The notes below the pieces were generated by a model, which had not been told where the DNA came from, did no database searches, and worked only from the letters and a program-made list of their open reading frames with translations. From Anthoceros angustus (Eukaryota; Plantae; Anthocerotophyta), in contig VJWM01000309.1 in assembly GCA_010909165.1 (NCBI GenBank), positions 31,532 through 95,531 on the forward strand: a stretch of DNA of 64,000 nucleotides, given 5' to 3'. How positions within the stretch are numbered: the stretch's first letter is position 1; each line of letters opens with the position of its first letter. This document shows positions 11,640 to 22,836 of the stretch, piece after piece. The translations under genes and the position numbers were made by a program.

Positions 11640-13058
11640 GTATGAGCACAACTTACCATCTAGATACTGATGGCTCAAATGAGCAAGTCAACCGAATCCA
11701 AGAAGAATACTTAACACATTATGTGCAGATTGATCAGAGGGATTGGGCTAATCATCTAGACGATGCAAAATTTCATTATAACAACATTGCACATAGCTCT
11801 CTGAGATGTAGTCCTCTTGAGATGGGAAAAAATTCAGCACTCGACGTGGTATCCATGCTAAATGCTAAAGTTTTCGACACTACCACTAGAGATCCACGCC
11901 AATTCATTGAGCAGTTGAAGGCTAGACATGAGATTGCCAAAGGAATTTTAGCCAAGGCTCAAGCACGTTAGAAGAAATATGCTGATAGGCATAGGAGAGA
12001 AACTGTCTTCAACATTGAGGATAAAGTATGGATCATTTCCCAATACCTAAAGGATTAATTCTTAAGTTAAGGCCAAGATATGGTGGTCCATTTGTTATCT
12101 TGAAGCGCATTGGAGAAGTGCCTCACAAGTTACAAGCGCCTGAATGGATTTTTGCACACAATGTGTTCCATGTATCACTATTGAAACCATTTGTGCTAGG
12201 CAAAAGAGAAAGAGGACATGGATAAGAAGAAGTACAGTATTCTTGTGCAGCATAATCAAGGACTGTGGGAAATTGAGGAATTCCTTGCAGGGAGTAGCGT
12301 GCCTACGAAACATGGAATCATACCACAGTATATGGTAAAGTTGCGTGGGATCCAGTTTGGGTAATGTTAGAGAATATTCGGAAAGGATCCTGGATCATCA
12401 CTCGATACATTGGCTATCACTGAGGACAGTGATTCTTTTCCCAGAAGAGAAGAAAGTAAGAAGCTTTGCATGAAAGGAATGCAGCCCTGGATCTAGTCTA
12501 GTAAGTTGTATGTAGTGGTGGTAAGGCTTAGGTTAAGGGGTAAGGAATATAGTCTGCTTTAGGTAGTTACTTTAGGAATGAATTAAGCCTCCCTATAAAA
12601 TGAGATGAGGCTAACCCTAAAGGGTATGATCCTAGGATCCTAGCATTTAGAGCCATACTTGTGAGGATTGGACTAGGGTGCCTACAGGCTTGGGGAGCCT
12701 AGGGTGTGAGCATGTTTAGGAGGATCCTAACACTTAGGGCTACACTCTTGTGAGGACAGAACTGAGGTGCCTACAGGCTTTGGGAGCCTAGAGTGTGAGC
12801 GTGCTAGAGGAGAGCTGTTGAGGAGGAGATCGAGGGGAGAGAGCTAAGCTCCTAGCTTAGGCAAAGAGGGGAGCTCTCTCTGATCTCTCACATATTCTTG
12901 TTGACTCTTGTTGGAATAAAGAGTAGCGGCAAAGGTGCTGATTGCGAGTAGTCGCGTGGAAGGACGGCGGGCTACTTGGAAGCCTAGTGCTGGTGTCTGG
13001 TGATGTTATTGCCACTAACTGCGTGACTGCCCCACCTCGCTGGAAAGGGGGTGTTACT
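11640..13058 (+). mobile_element. Ty3/Gypsy 3' fragment (integrase C-terminus, possible chromodomain) and 3' LTR
   Basis: STTYHLDTDGSNEQVNR, DQRDW..FHYNN, KLRPRYGGPF, HNVFHVSLLKP; purine tract near 12445; LTR-like sequence at about 12456-13058 ending GGGGGTGTTAC, with an internal duplication of about 87 bp. Confidence 0.8.
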
Positions 13059-13059
13059 T

Positions 13060-13400
13060 ATTAATACTTTTCCCTTGTTGTTGAGAGAGTAGTGTACAGA
13101 ACGATAGCGAGCGCGGGAGATGCAGCTGCTTCGACACCGGTGGCAAGTAGTCCTTTTCACATCCCCGACCACGAAGTTCTTCGCGTGGTTGGTAGTTTTG
13201 AAATGCATGATCGTGGGGGCTACTCCCCCTGACATGGTGCCTTTCGTTGGGTTTTTGTCCCTTTGTTTTAGGGGTGGATGGGTTTTTCCCATTTCTTTTT
13301 AAAATAAAGTCTCCTTTTTCTCGTTGAGAGAGTAATAAATATTGATAAAATAAGATGATAAAAAGTGGAAATAAAAATAAATGGATAAAATTAATCACTC
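13060..13400 (+). mobile_element. 3' end fragment of a CRE-like non-LTR retrotransposon
   Basis: ARGDAAASTPVASSPFHIPDHEVL resembles the peptide at 56740-57050(-) (AASLAPV..PFIIPDHDII); followed by an A-rich tail. Confidence 0.4.
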
Positions 13401-13449
13401 GAAGAAGAAGAAGAAGTTTATTATAATCCATTTGGATGGAATTTTCCTA

Positions 13450-13710
13450 TCATGGGACTTAACAACTTGTACCGTGGTGTACTTAAGCTTCCAGCACCGA
13501 TGGTATCCAATCCCTCTAGGCACTCCATTTATATGGGACTTGGTACTTGATAACTTGTACCACGGTGTGCCTAAGCTACCAGCAAACACTGATGGCACCC
13601 ACTCCCTCTAGGCACCCCATTTATATGGAACTTGGTACTTGACAACTTGTACCATGGTGTGCCTAAGCTACTAGCACCAATGGCATCCACTCTCTCTAGG
13701 CACCCCATCT
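13450..13710. repeat. Tandem repeat, about 85-90 bp x3
   Basis: ATGGGACTT..AACTTGTACC..GGTGT..CTAAGCT..CTCTAGGCAC repeated three times. Confidence 0.8.
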
Positions 13711-13734
13711 AAGTACCAATCTATCGATGTCGAT

Positions 13735-14100
13735 GCTTCTTCAGCAAATGGTTGTAGCTGCTAATTAATGTTGTATACGTTGGTATCCTCCTCCCCATCT
13801 CGTTTGATTTTTTGCCACTTTTCCTTTTTATGATTTTAAGTACATCCTCTGTAGCCTCGGCTCAGAGACGAACTCAAATAGAGATTAGAGAACACAAACT
13901 ATGCTGGCATGGTGACATCAAGTTTGTCTACATGAAGAGAAGGGTTGTTTTGTTTTGGAAGGAAATCCTCGACCCAAGCGCAGCCCTGATTGTTCCCAAA
14001 TCTATGTACCAAATGTTTGGAGGGAAGACAAAACTGTTGATTCACGTGTTCGATTCCAAAATGAAGCTCTGCAGTGGCTTCCCAACATCATGCCTAGCAA
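13735..14100 (-). pseudogene. TRM5-like 5' fragment (decayed duplicate)
   Basis: Paralogous to 3700-4050 (shared CTCGACCCAAGCGCAGCCCTGATTGTTCCCAAATCT) with many transitions. Confidence 0.8.
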
Positions 14101-14674
14101 AAGAAGAAGAAAAATTCATTGCAGTCTATTGAGAAAGGATTTCTGTTATGAGATTATCTGATCTTAGTAAGAAAAGACTAAGATCAAGGTCATAATCCAG
14201 AACTCTTCGGCTTGGCTCACAGGACCAAGAGTATGCAACCTACACAATATTCTGTTCTAAGATTTCCTTCAACCGTGAGAAATCCGTTGCAAGCCTCCGT
14301 AAAAAGATATTTTTGAAGAAAAAATGCTTTTATTGTTCAATAAACTAAAGATGAGCTCGGCGTACATTAAGCAAGAGAAGTAGACTTATCATACATCTAG
14401 TAAGAGAAGTGCAATATCAAAACTCATGTATAAAATTGGCATTAAGAGTCGGTTGAAACATATGTAATAACCTTAAATTATATTTATTATTGAATAGTTT
14501 AGAATTATAAGATAATAATAATTAAAAATAACATTATTTTTCTCAGAAACAGTTACAAATACAATACTCACCTCTAGATCGAGTATATGATAATTTGAAA
14601 TCGATACATCAGACTTGTGAGTTCTATATATGTGAGCATAGTAAGAGGAAACATTCAATTATTTTTAAGTTTTC

Positions 14675-16750
14675 ATGATGTTTACCATGCATTTTGCTAG
14701 GTTGTTGGTGATTTTGGTATGCTCAATTATGGGCTATGCATACGAATCACCATTCAAAATAGAGAGATATGAGAATGTCGTCCTACCATTTGTTATATCC
14801 CATAATGTACGCAGGTCCATGTTTAACTTTCAGAGCTTCTTAAAAATATTGTTGATTGCTTTTATGACTAATAATGCCTCTTTCATGGTTATGAAGTAAC
14901 ATGTTATGAGGATTTATTTCATCAAGGTTGTAGACCATGTATTTATTATCTTTTGGTGTATGGATTTCAGCTTTCGGATGGCTCGATAGTTGATTGTGTG
15001 AAAATTGAACACCAACAAACAATGCAGCATCCACTCTTCAAAGACCATGTTATTCAAGTATGTGTTTTTTATTTACTTTAAAATGTATGTAGTCAATAAC
15101 AACATCAATTTCTAGTGTCCTCTCCCGATTTTGTTCATAGATCATATGTGACATGTATTATGCAGACTTCACCAACAGCACCCCCAAAACCTATGAAAAT
15201 AGGAAACAACACAAATCGACCGGTTCAACTTTTTGAACACGAAGTGGGTTCTTGTCCAAGGAGAACTATTCCTATTCTACGTTCTTCAAGGGGAGATATT
15301 CAAAGTCAAAGAAAGTTGCAGAGGTTACCTACAAGAAAGACCATAGACTCAATAAGTGATGATCCCTATGCAGGAGGCCACCATGTAAGTTATAACTTTA
15401 TCTCTGAACCATTGTATATCATGACATAAAATGTGATAAAATATATATTTTGTATACATGTTTAATGAAGTAAAACCTAGATTTGTAAGAATATTTTGAT
15501 GATGTTGACTTATGGTACTAACATTTTATCTCTTAAGTATGCACTTTATGCACAACGTGAATGGGGAGCGGAAGAGTACGGAGTCAATGGAGGTGGAGCA
15601 CGGATAAGTTTTTGGAATCCTCAAGTGGGTGATGATGACATGTCTAGTGCGCGTCTAAGAGTTTCTAGGCCGACTGAAGCCGACTTTCACGAACCGGGTC
15701 TTGCATATGGTTCAAACAGTGCTGAAGTGGGGTGGCATGTAAGTCTCTTTCATATATGAATCTTTTTCCAAATTAAAATGGATGGCTAATCATTTTTTGC
15801 GGTGAAATATGGATGGCTAATCATTTTTTGTGGTGAGACACGGATGGCTAATCAAAATTGAAATGCCTTGAGCTTATATACATGTTTATCCTCAAACAGG
15901 TACTACCGTCCCTCTATGGAGACAGAAACCCTCATCTATATATATTTTGGACGGTATGTACTAGTCAGAATAGGCCAAACATTTATTTGCTAAGTTTTTA
16001 CATTTTTTGTTACTCACTTACATCAGATTTGTGCTTGTACAGGCAGATAATTATCAATTTACAGGATGCTTCAATGCCAAATGTTCAGGATTTATTCAAA
16101 CATCGGAGGCTTACCTCTTGGGTGGTGGGTTTCATGGCGACTACGTGGGTACCAGCATGATGTTCTCCATTCATAAAGTATGATATCTTATAATTTGATT
16201 GAATTTCTCTCTCTCTCTTGCTTATGAAGCATGTTTTAATTACCGTGAGTTGTTGTTGATAAGCATGCATATGATAATTAACTGTTTGTGTCTTCATTGC
16301 TTCTTTGTGATGCAGCCAGGTTCTCCTCAAGATGATTTATGGTTGTACATTGAGGACCAACCAGTGGGTTATTGGCCAGCAAGTATATTTAGTCCATATG
16401 TTCTTCAAAATAACTACCCTCGTGATGTAGAATGGGGAGGCAATGTCTTCATTTCAAACAACGCATTACATGTAGAAATGGGGAATGGAAGGTTAGGTGA
16501 TACCGGTGTTTCATCGGTACCATGTGGAGACAATGACGTACCAGCCCATTTTGCTGTTTTGCATTTATTAAAATTGGATTCGCGAGAGACTGGGTGGCGA
16601 CTGACTTTCCATGATGACAATTTTCACATTATCGACCACGTGTTTGAATCGTATCCTTACGAGTTCACTGCAAAGATCCTCCTATCCCAACCAAGTGGTC
16701 CTTGTCTAGCTGGAGGTCATTGGATGTATTATGGTGGCATTTCCATGTAA
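14675..16750 (+). CDS. Neprosin-family (DUF239) secreted protein, 7 exons
   Basis: Signal peptide; prodomain DGSIVDCVKIEHQ..HPLFKDHVIQ and GSCPRRTIPILR; neprosin motifs SFWNPQV, NSAEVGWHV.PSLYGD, YIFWTADNY..GCFN..CSGFIQ, VGYWPASIF, VEWGG, HVEMGNG, YYGG; canonical GT-AG introns. Confidence 0.9.
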
Positions 16751-16964
16751 GATGATTAATTTTTACTTTGGAATATCAAACTTGAAATTCAAGTTTTGAG
16801 TGGATTCTATCATTTTTGATCCTATAAGTATGCTCTGTAAAATTTCAACGACTAAGAAAACATTGAGAGTCAGGCTATATTACCATGATTGAAAGTAGAA
16901 GACCGCCATAGATCTTCCTTGTCTATTTATGTTCATTCATGTTCAATCAAGCTTGATGATCGCA

Positions 16965-17170
16965 CCAGGTTCCTCCAGTCAAAACTTGGGATAACCTCAA
17001 CCGTTGTAAGCTTATGATCCCACCAAGTCCTCCTGTCAAAAACTTAGATAACCTCAACTTTCGAAGGCCTGATAGAAGGCAAAATATCTACTCAAAACTT
17101 AGGATAATCTCAACTCTTCTAAACTTGATGAACCCACCAACAAAAACTTAGGATAACCTCAACTGTTGAA
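16965..17170. repeat. Degenerate tandem repeat, about 55 bp x4
   Basis: AAAACTTAGGATAACCTCAAC core at about 16981, 17039, 17094 and 17143. Confidence 0.7.
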
Positions 17171-17379
17171 GGACGAGAACAGAGATAAACACTAAGCCCA
17201 TTGAAGAACTAGAAAGGTAACTGTGCACCCTCATGTTTCCTGCAACCGAAGCAAAGCAGCATGCCTAGGTGATTAGGAAGCGAAGACTCAGAGATACTAT
17301 CTTCAGATGGAGCAAAGTCTGCATGGAAAACAGCAACGTTTGCACGGGTTGATTGTGCTGAGCTGTAGCCTGTAAGTGT

Positions 17380-18661
17380 CCCAATTCTCAAATTCAAGCC
17401 CTACAACTCCAACTGCCAGATAAACACTTCCAGAGACAGTACATCGGTCCCTCCTATATGCTTCTGCTTTCCCCCTGGCTTCTACTATGCTAGATTTGCC
17501 CTTCTGCAACTTTCTCCTCACTGTCTTCCTTGCGTAGATGAAAGCCCGTGCTGCACCTCTAGGCCTTGATAGTTTCTCAAGATGTGGAAAACTATCGTCC
17601 TTCTTTCTTAGCAGCTGCTTTTGTGCGCCCCTTGGAGTAGATACACTTGTGCTGGTGAAATCCACACTCCCCCCGAATAAAATTTCAAGACACTAGTGGC
17701 CTCTGCCTGGCATTTGCTCTCTCATGCGCAGGGTACAGTACTATGAAGGAGGGAAGCCAAAACCTGCTTCTTTAGGTCTGCAACCAGCAACGTGCAGCAC
17801 CTTCCTAACTTGGGCAAAGAACGAGATTACAGGCGATCATTATCTGGAGTGACAGCCAAGTCTAGCTAGCCAGTGTATAAGAGGGGATGCCCTCATTTGC
17901 TGATCAAGCGGGAAGCAACATTTCAGTCTCCACTTTTTTCTCTGAGTGCTGCCAGTCTTTCGTTGAGGATTGCCGTGCAAGGGCCACCCTCCACATTGCT
18001 GTTGCAGTCCAGCAGAGTCACGCCTGTCTCGATATCTGTATGTATGTGTAGTCCATGATGTGCTTTGTCCACTGAAGTTGTTGTTGCAGTCCAGCAGAGT
18101 CACGCCTGTCTCGATATCTGTATGTGCGTGTAGTCCATGATGTGCTTTGTCCAATGAAGTTCCTGTTGCAGTCCAGCAGCGTCACGCCTGTCTCAATATC
18201 TGTATGTATGTGTAGTCCATGATTTCCGTTGTCCACTGAAGTTGCTGTTGCAGTCCAGCAGAGTAACGCCTGTCTCCATATCTGTATGTACTCGTAGTCT
18301 ATGATTTGCTATGTCCACTGTCTGCCTCAATACATGTATGAGTAGGGATCTTCGAAATTGGTAGAGGATGTATGGGATACACGAGACCATGCCAGAAATC
18401 CATCCTTTGGGTAATATCACAAAGAAGAGCATGGGTTGCTGTGTCCGTACACAAGGCCAATTCAGCAGATGCCCTCGACGCTGATGTGCCAACTTTTCAC
18501 TCTCCTCTGGCGGAACTCGCAATGCAGCCATGTCGTAAACCCTGGTAACCCCAACAAATACCTGGGGAGGAAGACGGGACCCAAATACCTGGGTAGGAAG
18601 ACAAGACCTTTGATTTTGGTGTTGGGTTCCAGGACGGAGCCCTGCAGTGGCCTCCTGACAT
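17380..18661 (-). pseudogene. Fragmented TRM5-like duplicate
   Basis: Pieces paralogous to 3200-3390 (FPHLEKLSRPRGAAR), 3555-3650 (AALRVPPEESEKLAHQRRGHLLNWP) and 3960-4045, separated by deletions and foreign inserts. Confidence 0.8.
17995..18320. repeat. 82-bp tandem repeat x4
   Basis: GTTGCAGTCCAGCAG starts at 18001, 18083, 18165 and 18247. Confidence 0.9.
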
Positions 18662-18744
18662 ATGCTCAGCAGATGTCTAGGACGAGAGACCGATCCCGCC
18701 TTTAATTTCAGATCCTAAGCCCTATTTTCGGCAGGGGTCCAACG

Positions 18745-19932
18745 ATGTGGAGTTTGGACGAAGCTGTGGACTGGACAAGCAAAGGGAGTCTGATCCTTGT
18801 GAAAGATACGTTGGCTGCCAAAGGGACCTTCGTCTTGCACCATCTGCTTAAGAGGCTCCTGAGAAATCCAGCAAATCCACAGGACCGGCGTGGAAGCGTG
18901 AAGGTTGTGTTTGTGGGGCTTGCCGATACTTTTGGGCACTACAACAGAGTTGCCAAAAAGCAGGTAAGGATCAGTGCGACAACTTTGAGCTTTGCTTATC
19001 TCCATGTCTCCTAAGTCCAATGTTGGAAGAACAAACCTGTGTCTCTGTCTTGTTCATGTGGCAGGGGTGTAACTTGTCCAACTCTAGAGACAGTGGAGCT
19101 GTTGCTTTCCTGGAATTTTCCCCAGACAAGTTCCTGGAGAGTGCGAAGAAGGAAAGCACGGTGACACGTTCCTTGCAGTAAGTGGCATGCATCCTGATCT
19201 CGCCCCGATGTTTCTAATGATGCCATCGCCTCAGACCAGACCCGTGCTGCATAAACGTGCAGGAACCCTCTCTTCAACCTGTATAGCAGAATAAGACAGG
19301 CAGTAGGAAGGCTCCTTGTAGGCCACACCGAACACATATGTGTAGTGATTGATGATGCCTGCTTGCTGGAGGTAGCGGCTGCCGGCTCGCTGCACCATGT
19401 GCTAGACTTCTTACACTACTGTCGAGCACTATCCTGTCAGCAGGAGCAAGTAAGTAAATCCCATGTCCAGACTCCAGTTCAGAGTGGATTTTATAACCCT
19501 GACTGCAAAGTAGTATAACTGGTACACCTGGCTGATGGATGTTGGAACCTGTGTTTGCAGGGTTGCTCGCTGGTGGTGCTTGTTCACAATGACATTTATG
19601 ACGAATCAGACCCCTTCTCCTTAGTTCATGCGTTGGAGTCTGTCTCTGATGTTGTGCTGAACGTGGAGCCTTGCAGCAAAAATATATCAACTGATATGCG
19701 AGGCGTGGTAGGGTATCTTTGCCATGGCCCTTCATTTTATCTTGATGCTGGAGTGGGGAAAGGAGAAGATGTCTGAACCCTGTGTTGTGTGCAGCTAACT
19801 GTTATTCATCGTGCCATCCCAGCTGGTGCAGACGATGTTGAGGAGAAAACTGGTTGTACCCAGGAGGTGAGGAGAGTCCAAACAGTTCGGTTTGAATTGT
19901 TGGAAACTGGTGTGTCCTACACTGAAGTCTGA
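18745..19932 (+). CDS. ELP6: Elongator complex subunit 6, 5 exons, intact
   Basis: LILVKDTLAAKGTFVLHHLLKR..FGHYNRVAKKQ / GCNL / VVIDDACLLEVAA..HVLDFLHYC / GCSLVVLVHNDIY..DVVLNVEP / LTVIH..VRFELLETGV; GT-AG introns. Confidence 0.88.
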
Positions 19933-21176
19933 CGATCTAATTCACCGAAGTCTGGTGTGTCCGACCTGTATGACACATCTCGGTTGAAGTCCCAGTGGCA
20001 TATACATCGTGCCATGCTTCTGGGCAAACTAATGTTGCTCGTTAGAAATGCAGGGCTCATTTAACGAGTTCCTTTGTGCTTTTGATCATATATCTCGATG
20101 TCCTTCGTTTTCCATAAGACATTCGAGCTGGTGTGTCCGCTGATGGGTCCGACAATCTGTACAGAAACCTGGCTGAGGATCTCCTCTCCGTGTCTGATCC
20201 TTCCCTTTGTAGGTTGCACGCAGAGGGCTGCAAGCGCGAGGTTGGTGGATCAAGAAGCAATCAACATTGCAGTGAACCATTTTGATAGCCATCCAGCTTC
20301 CATTTTGCCCTAGCATGCATCCACCATTCACAGACATGCCAACATTGGACTTGAAAAGGTTGCACGTACAAGTACGAGGGAAGTAGACATGTAGAGGATG
20401 CATTCAAACTTGGCAGCCCCTTAGCAACGTCACGCAATTCCGGGACCAGGCTGCGTACGAGCTCGACGTCTTCACAACCAGCAGCTAGCCACGTGAAACA
20501 TCCACACGGCTACGGTCTGTCTTGTCTCCTTGCAAGCCATTTAACATGCTTACAGTTTAGGGCGGGGGAAAAGGCCAAAATGGTTCCACGGCAATACATA
20601 CACCAAGAGGAAATGGGTTCTATGGAAGTCCACTAAGGACAATTCGTACTCAGCTACTTGAATACCAAGAATTCTATTCAAGTCCACAATTGCACTACAG
20701 GTTGGCAATAGCCAAAAGTAAATCAGCCATAGTACAATCAGCCATAGTACAATCAGCCATAGTATATAGAACCATAGCTTAGTACCGTACCTGTTGAATG
20801 CTTTATCAACATGTCTTCTTTGTTGTTTTCTTTCACATCGATTGGGAGGAGTATTCGAGTTCTTGGATTTTTGAACTCCCTTCCTCTTTGGTGTTTCCGT
20901 TCACATCAAACAAACAAAACACATGTACATATGTTCAACACTTTGTACCATAACCATCACATAGCTATTGTTGTCTTCTTTCACACAAACATATTGGTTT
21001 CTACAACATGTACATGTGTTAAATGTTTCGTACTATAACCATCACATCTATATAAGTGGACCTCTTGAACCCCTTCATCCATCCGCTCCATTCACAATCT
21101 TGTTTCTCCACCGTCTCTCCCACAAGGTTGTGTTTCTCTTGTCTCTTGGCCTCTAGGATTCTCAAGGCCCAACAAG

Positions 21177-22214
21177 ATGAAGACAATCGCAGTTATGGCT
21201 CTTTTGTTCATTGCAGCAATATATGCAGAGGCGAATGCAGGGACCAAACCTATTCAAAACAACCCTCCAACTTCCGGGCATAGTTCTCCACCCACTCGTA
21301 GACCTCCTACCCCTCCTAAGAGTAAGTTCTCTCCACTTCTTTCACCAGGTTTCCTATTTTGGAGTTGTATAGCATGAGTTATCATGGGCTTCCCTTGGCT
21401 TGGCAATCCTGACCATCCGCACGTCCACGCAGACCACTGCCCTCCAGGCTCCGTGTGCAAGGACCCGGTGATGAAGACCCAGAGCGGGCAGCAATTCTAC
21501 TTCCACGGGACCAAGAACGCCGACTTCTGCCTGGTCTCCGACAGGGAGCTGCACATCAACGCGCACTTCATCGGGCTGAGCGGCTCCAACTCCAACGTGA
21601 AGCACGATTTCACATGGGTCCAGTCCCTCGGAGTGCTCTTCGCCGGGAACCAGCTGTACATCGGGGCAAGGAAGGTGGCGGCCTGGGATCCCGCCCAGGA
21701 CCAGCTGGTGATGGTGCTCAACTCCGAGCCCCTGGTCCTCCCCGCCGGAGCTGGCGCAGTCTGGCAGTCCCCCGACCTCGGCGTCTCGGTCACCCGGACC
21801 GAGTCCGCCAACGCCGTCGCCGTCGACGTCGCCGGGTACGTGAAGCTCACGGTTTTCGTGACCCCGGTTAGCGCCCAGGACGACGCGGCGCACGGATACG
21901 GCGTGCCCTTCGGCGCCGACTGCATGGCGCATCTGGATGTTGGGTTCCAGTTCGCGAGCTTGTCGGAGCAGGTGAGCGGCGTGCTCGGCCAGACCTACTC
22001 CCCGAGCTTCCAGATGCCCGCGGGATCTGGAGCCGGATCCATCCCCAGCATGGGGGAGAAGGAGAAGTACGTCACTTCTGGCGTCATGGCGCCTGACTGC
22101 GCCGTCTCCCGCTTCAACACGGCTGCTGCGTCCAGCCTGCTAGTCGGCGAGGCGCAGTCCATCACATGCGGCTCTGCCGACGCCACGGGGCTCGGCATGG
22201 TCTGCCGCCGTTAG
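21177..22214 (+). CDS. Root-cap / LEA-related cell-wall protein (Root_cap domain), 2 exons
   Basis: Signal peptide plus Pro-rich exon 1; exon 2 CKDP..FYFHG..DFCLVSD..LHINAHFIG, DFTWVQSLG, AHLDVGFQF..LS..VSGVLGQTY. Confidence 0.9.
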
Positions 22215-22836
22215 AGGGACAAACCAATACCGAGCAACAAACCAATATCGAGCAATACCGAGCATAAATGTGTGAAACGAAGTCTCGCACATTGAAAATC
22301 AGCGCGCCCCAGCATAAGGGAAAACGCTGCCTGTCGTTTTTTTTTTTTTTGTTAGTTGTTGTTCTGTGTACGTACATGTGTAGCCTCGCAGTTCCTTCGT
22401 CCTTATGGGCGTGGAAGTGAGTGTCGCCGACCTCCAACGAGTCGGTACATCTCTGATGAATTGCGGGGAATCATCTTGGTATAAATAAAATCTTTCCCTC
22501 AGTCTTCCTGGACAAGCTCGGCATTCCTGCTGTGGCAACTTGAATAGCAACTCTAGACTGAAGATGTTTGATGACGTGGTTCACAATTCTATTTAGACTA
22601 CTTCCAGACAAGAATGTAGCTTGGAAGCTGAGTTAGGTCGTGAGCTAATTTACACCTGAAGGAGTTCTGCTCAGAAGAAGCAAGCAAAGAAGAAGCAAGC
22701 AAAGAAGAAGCAAGCAAACAGGCTCCGAGGATGTGCTGCAATAGATAAACAAGTTTTGACACCAGGGTTTTCTTCGTTTGCTGGGAGTGGATGTAGATTT
22801 TGATCTACCTTGGTAGGGAGGAGGGCGTGAAGTCGA

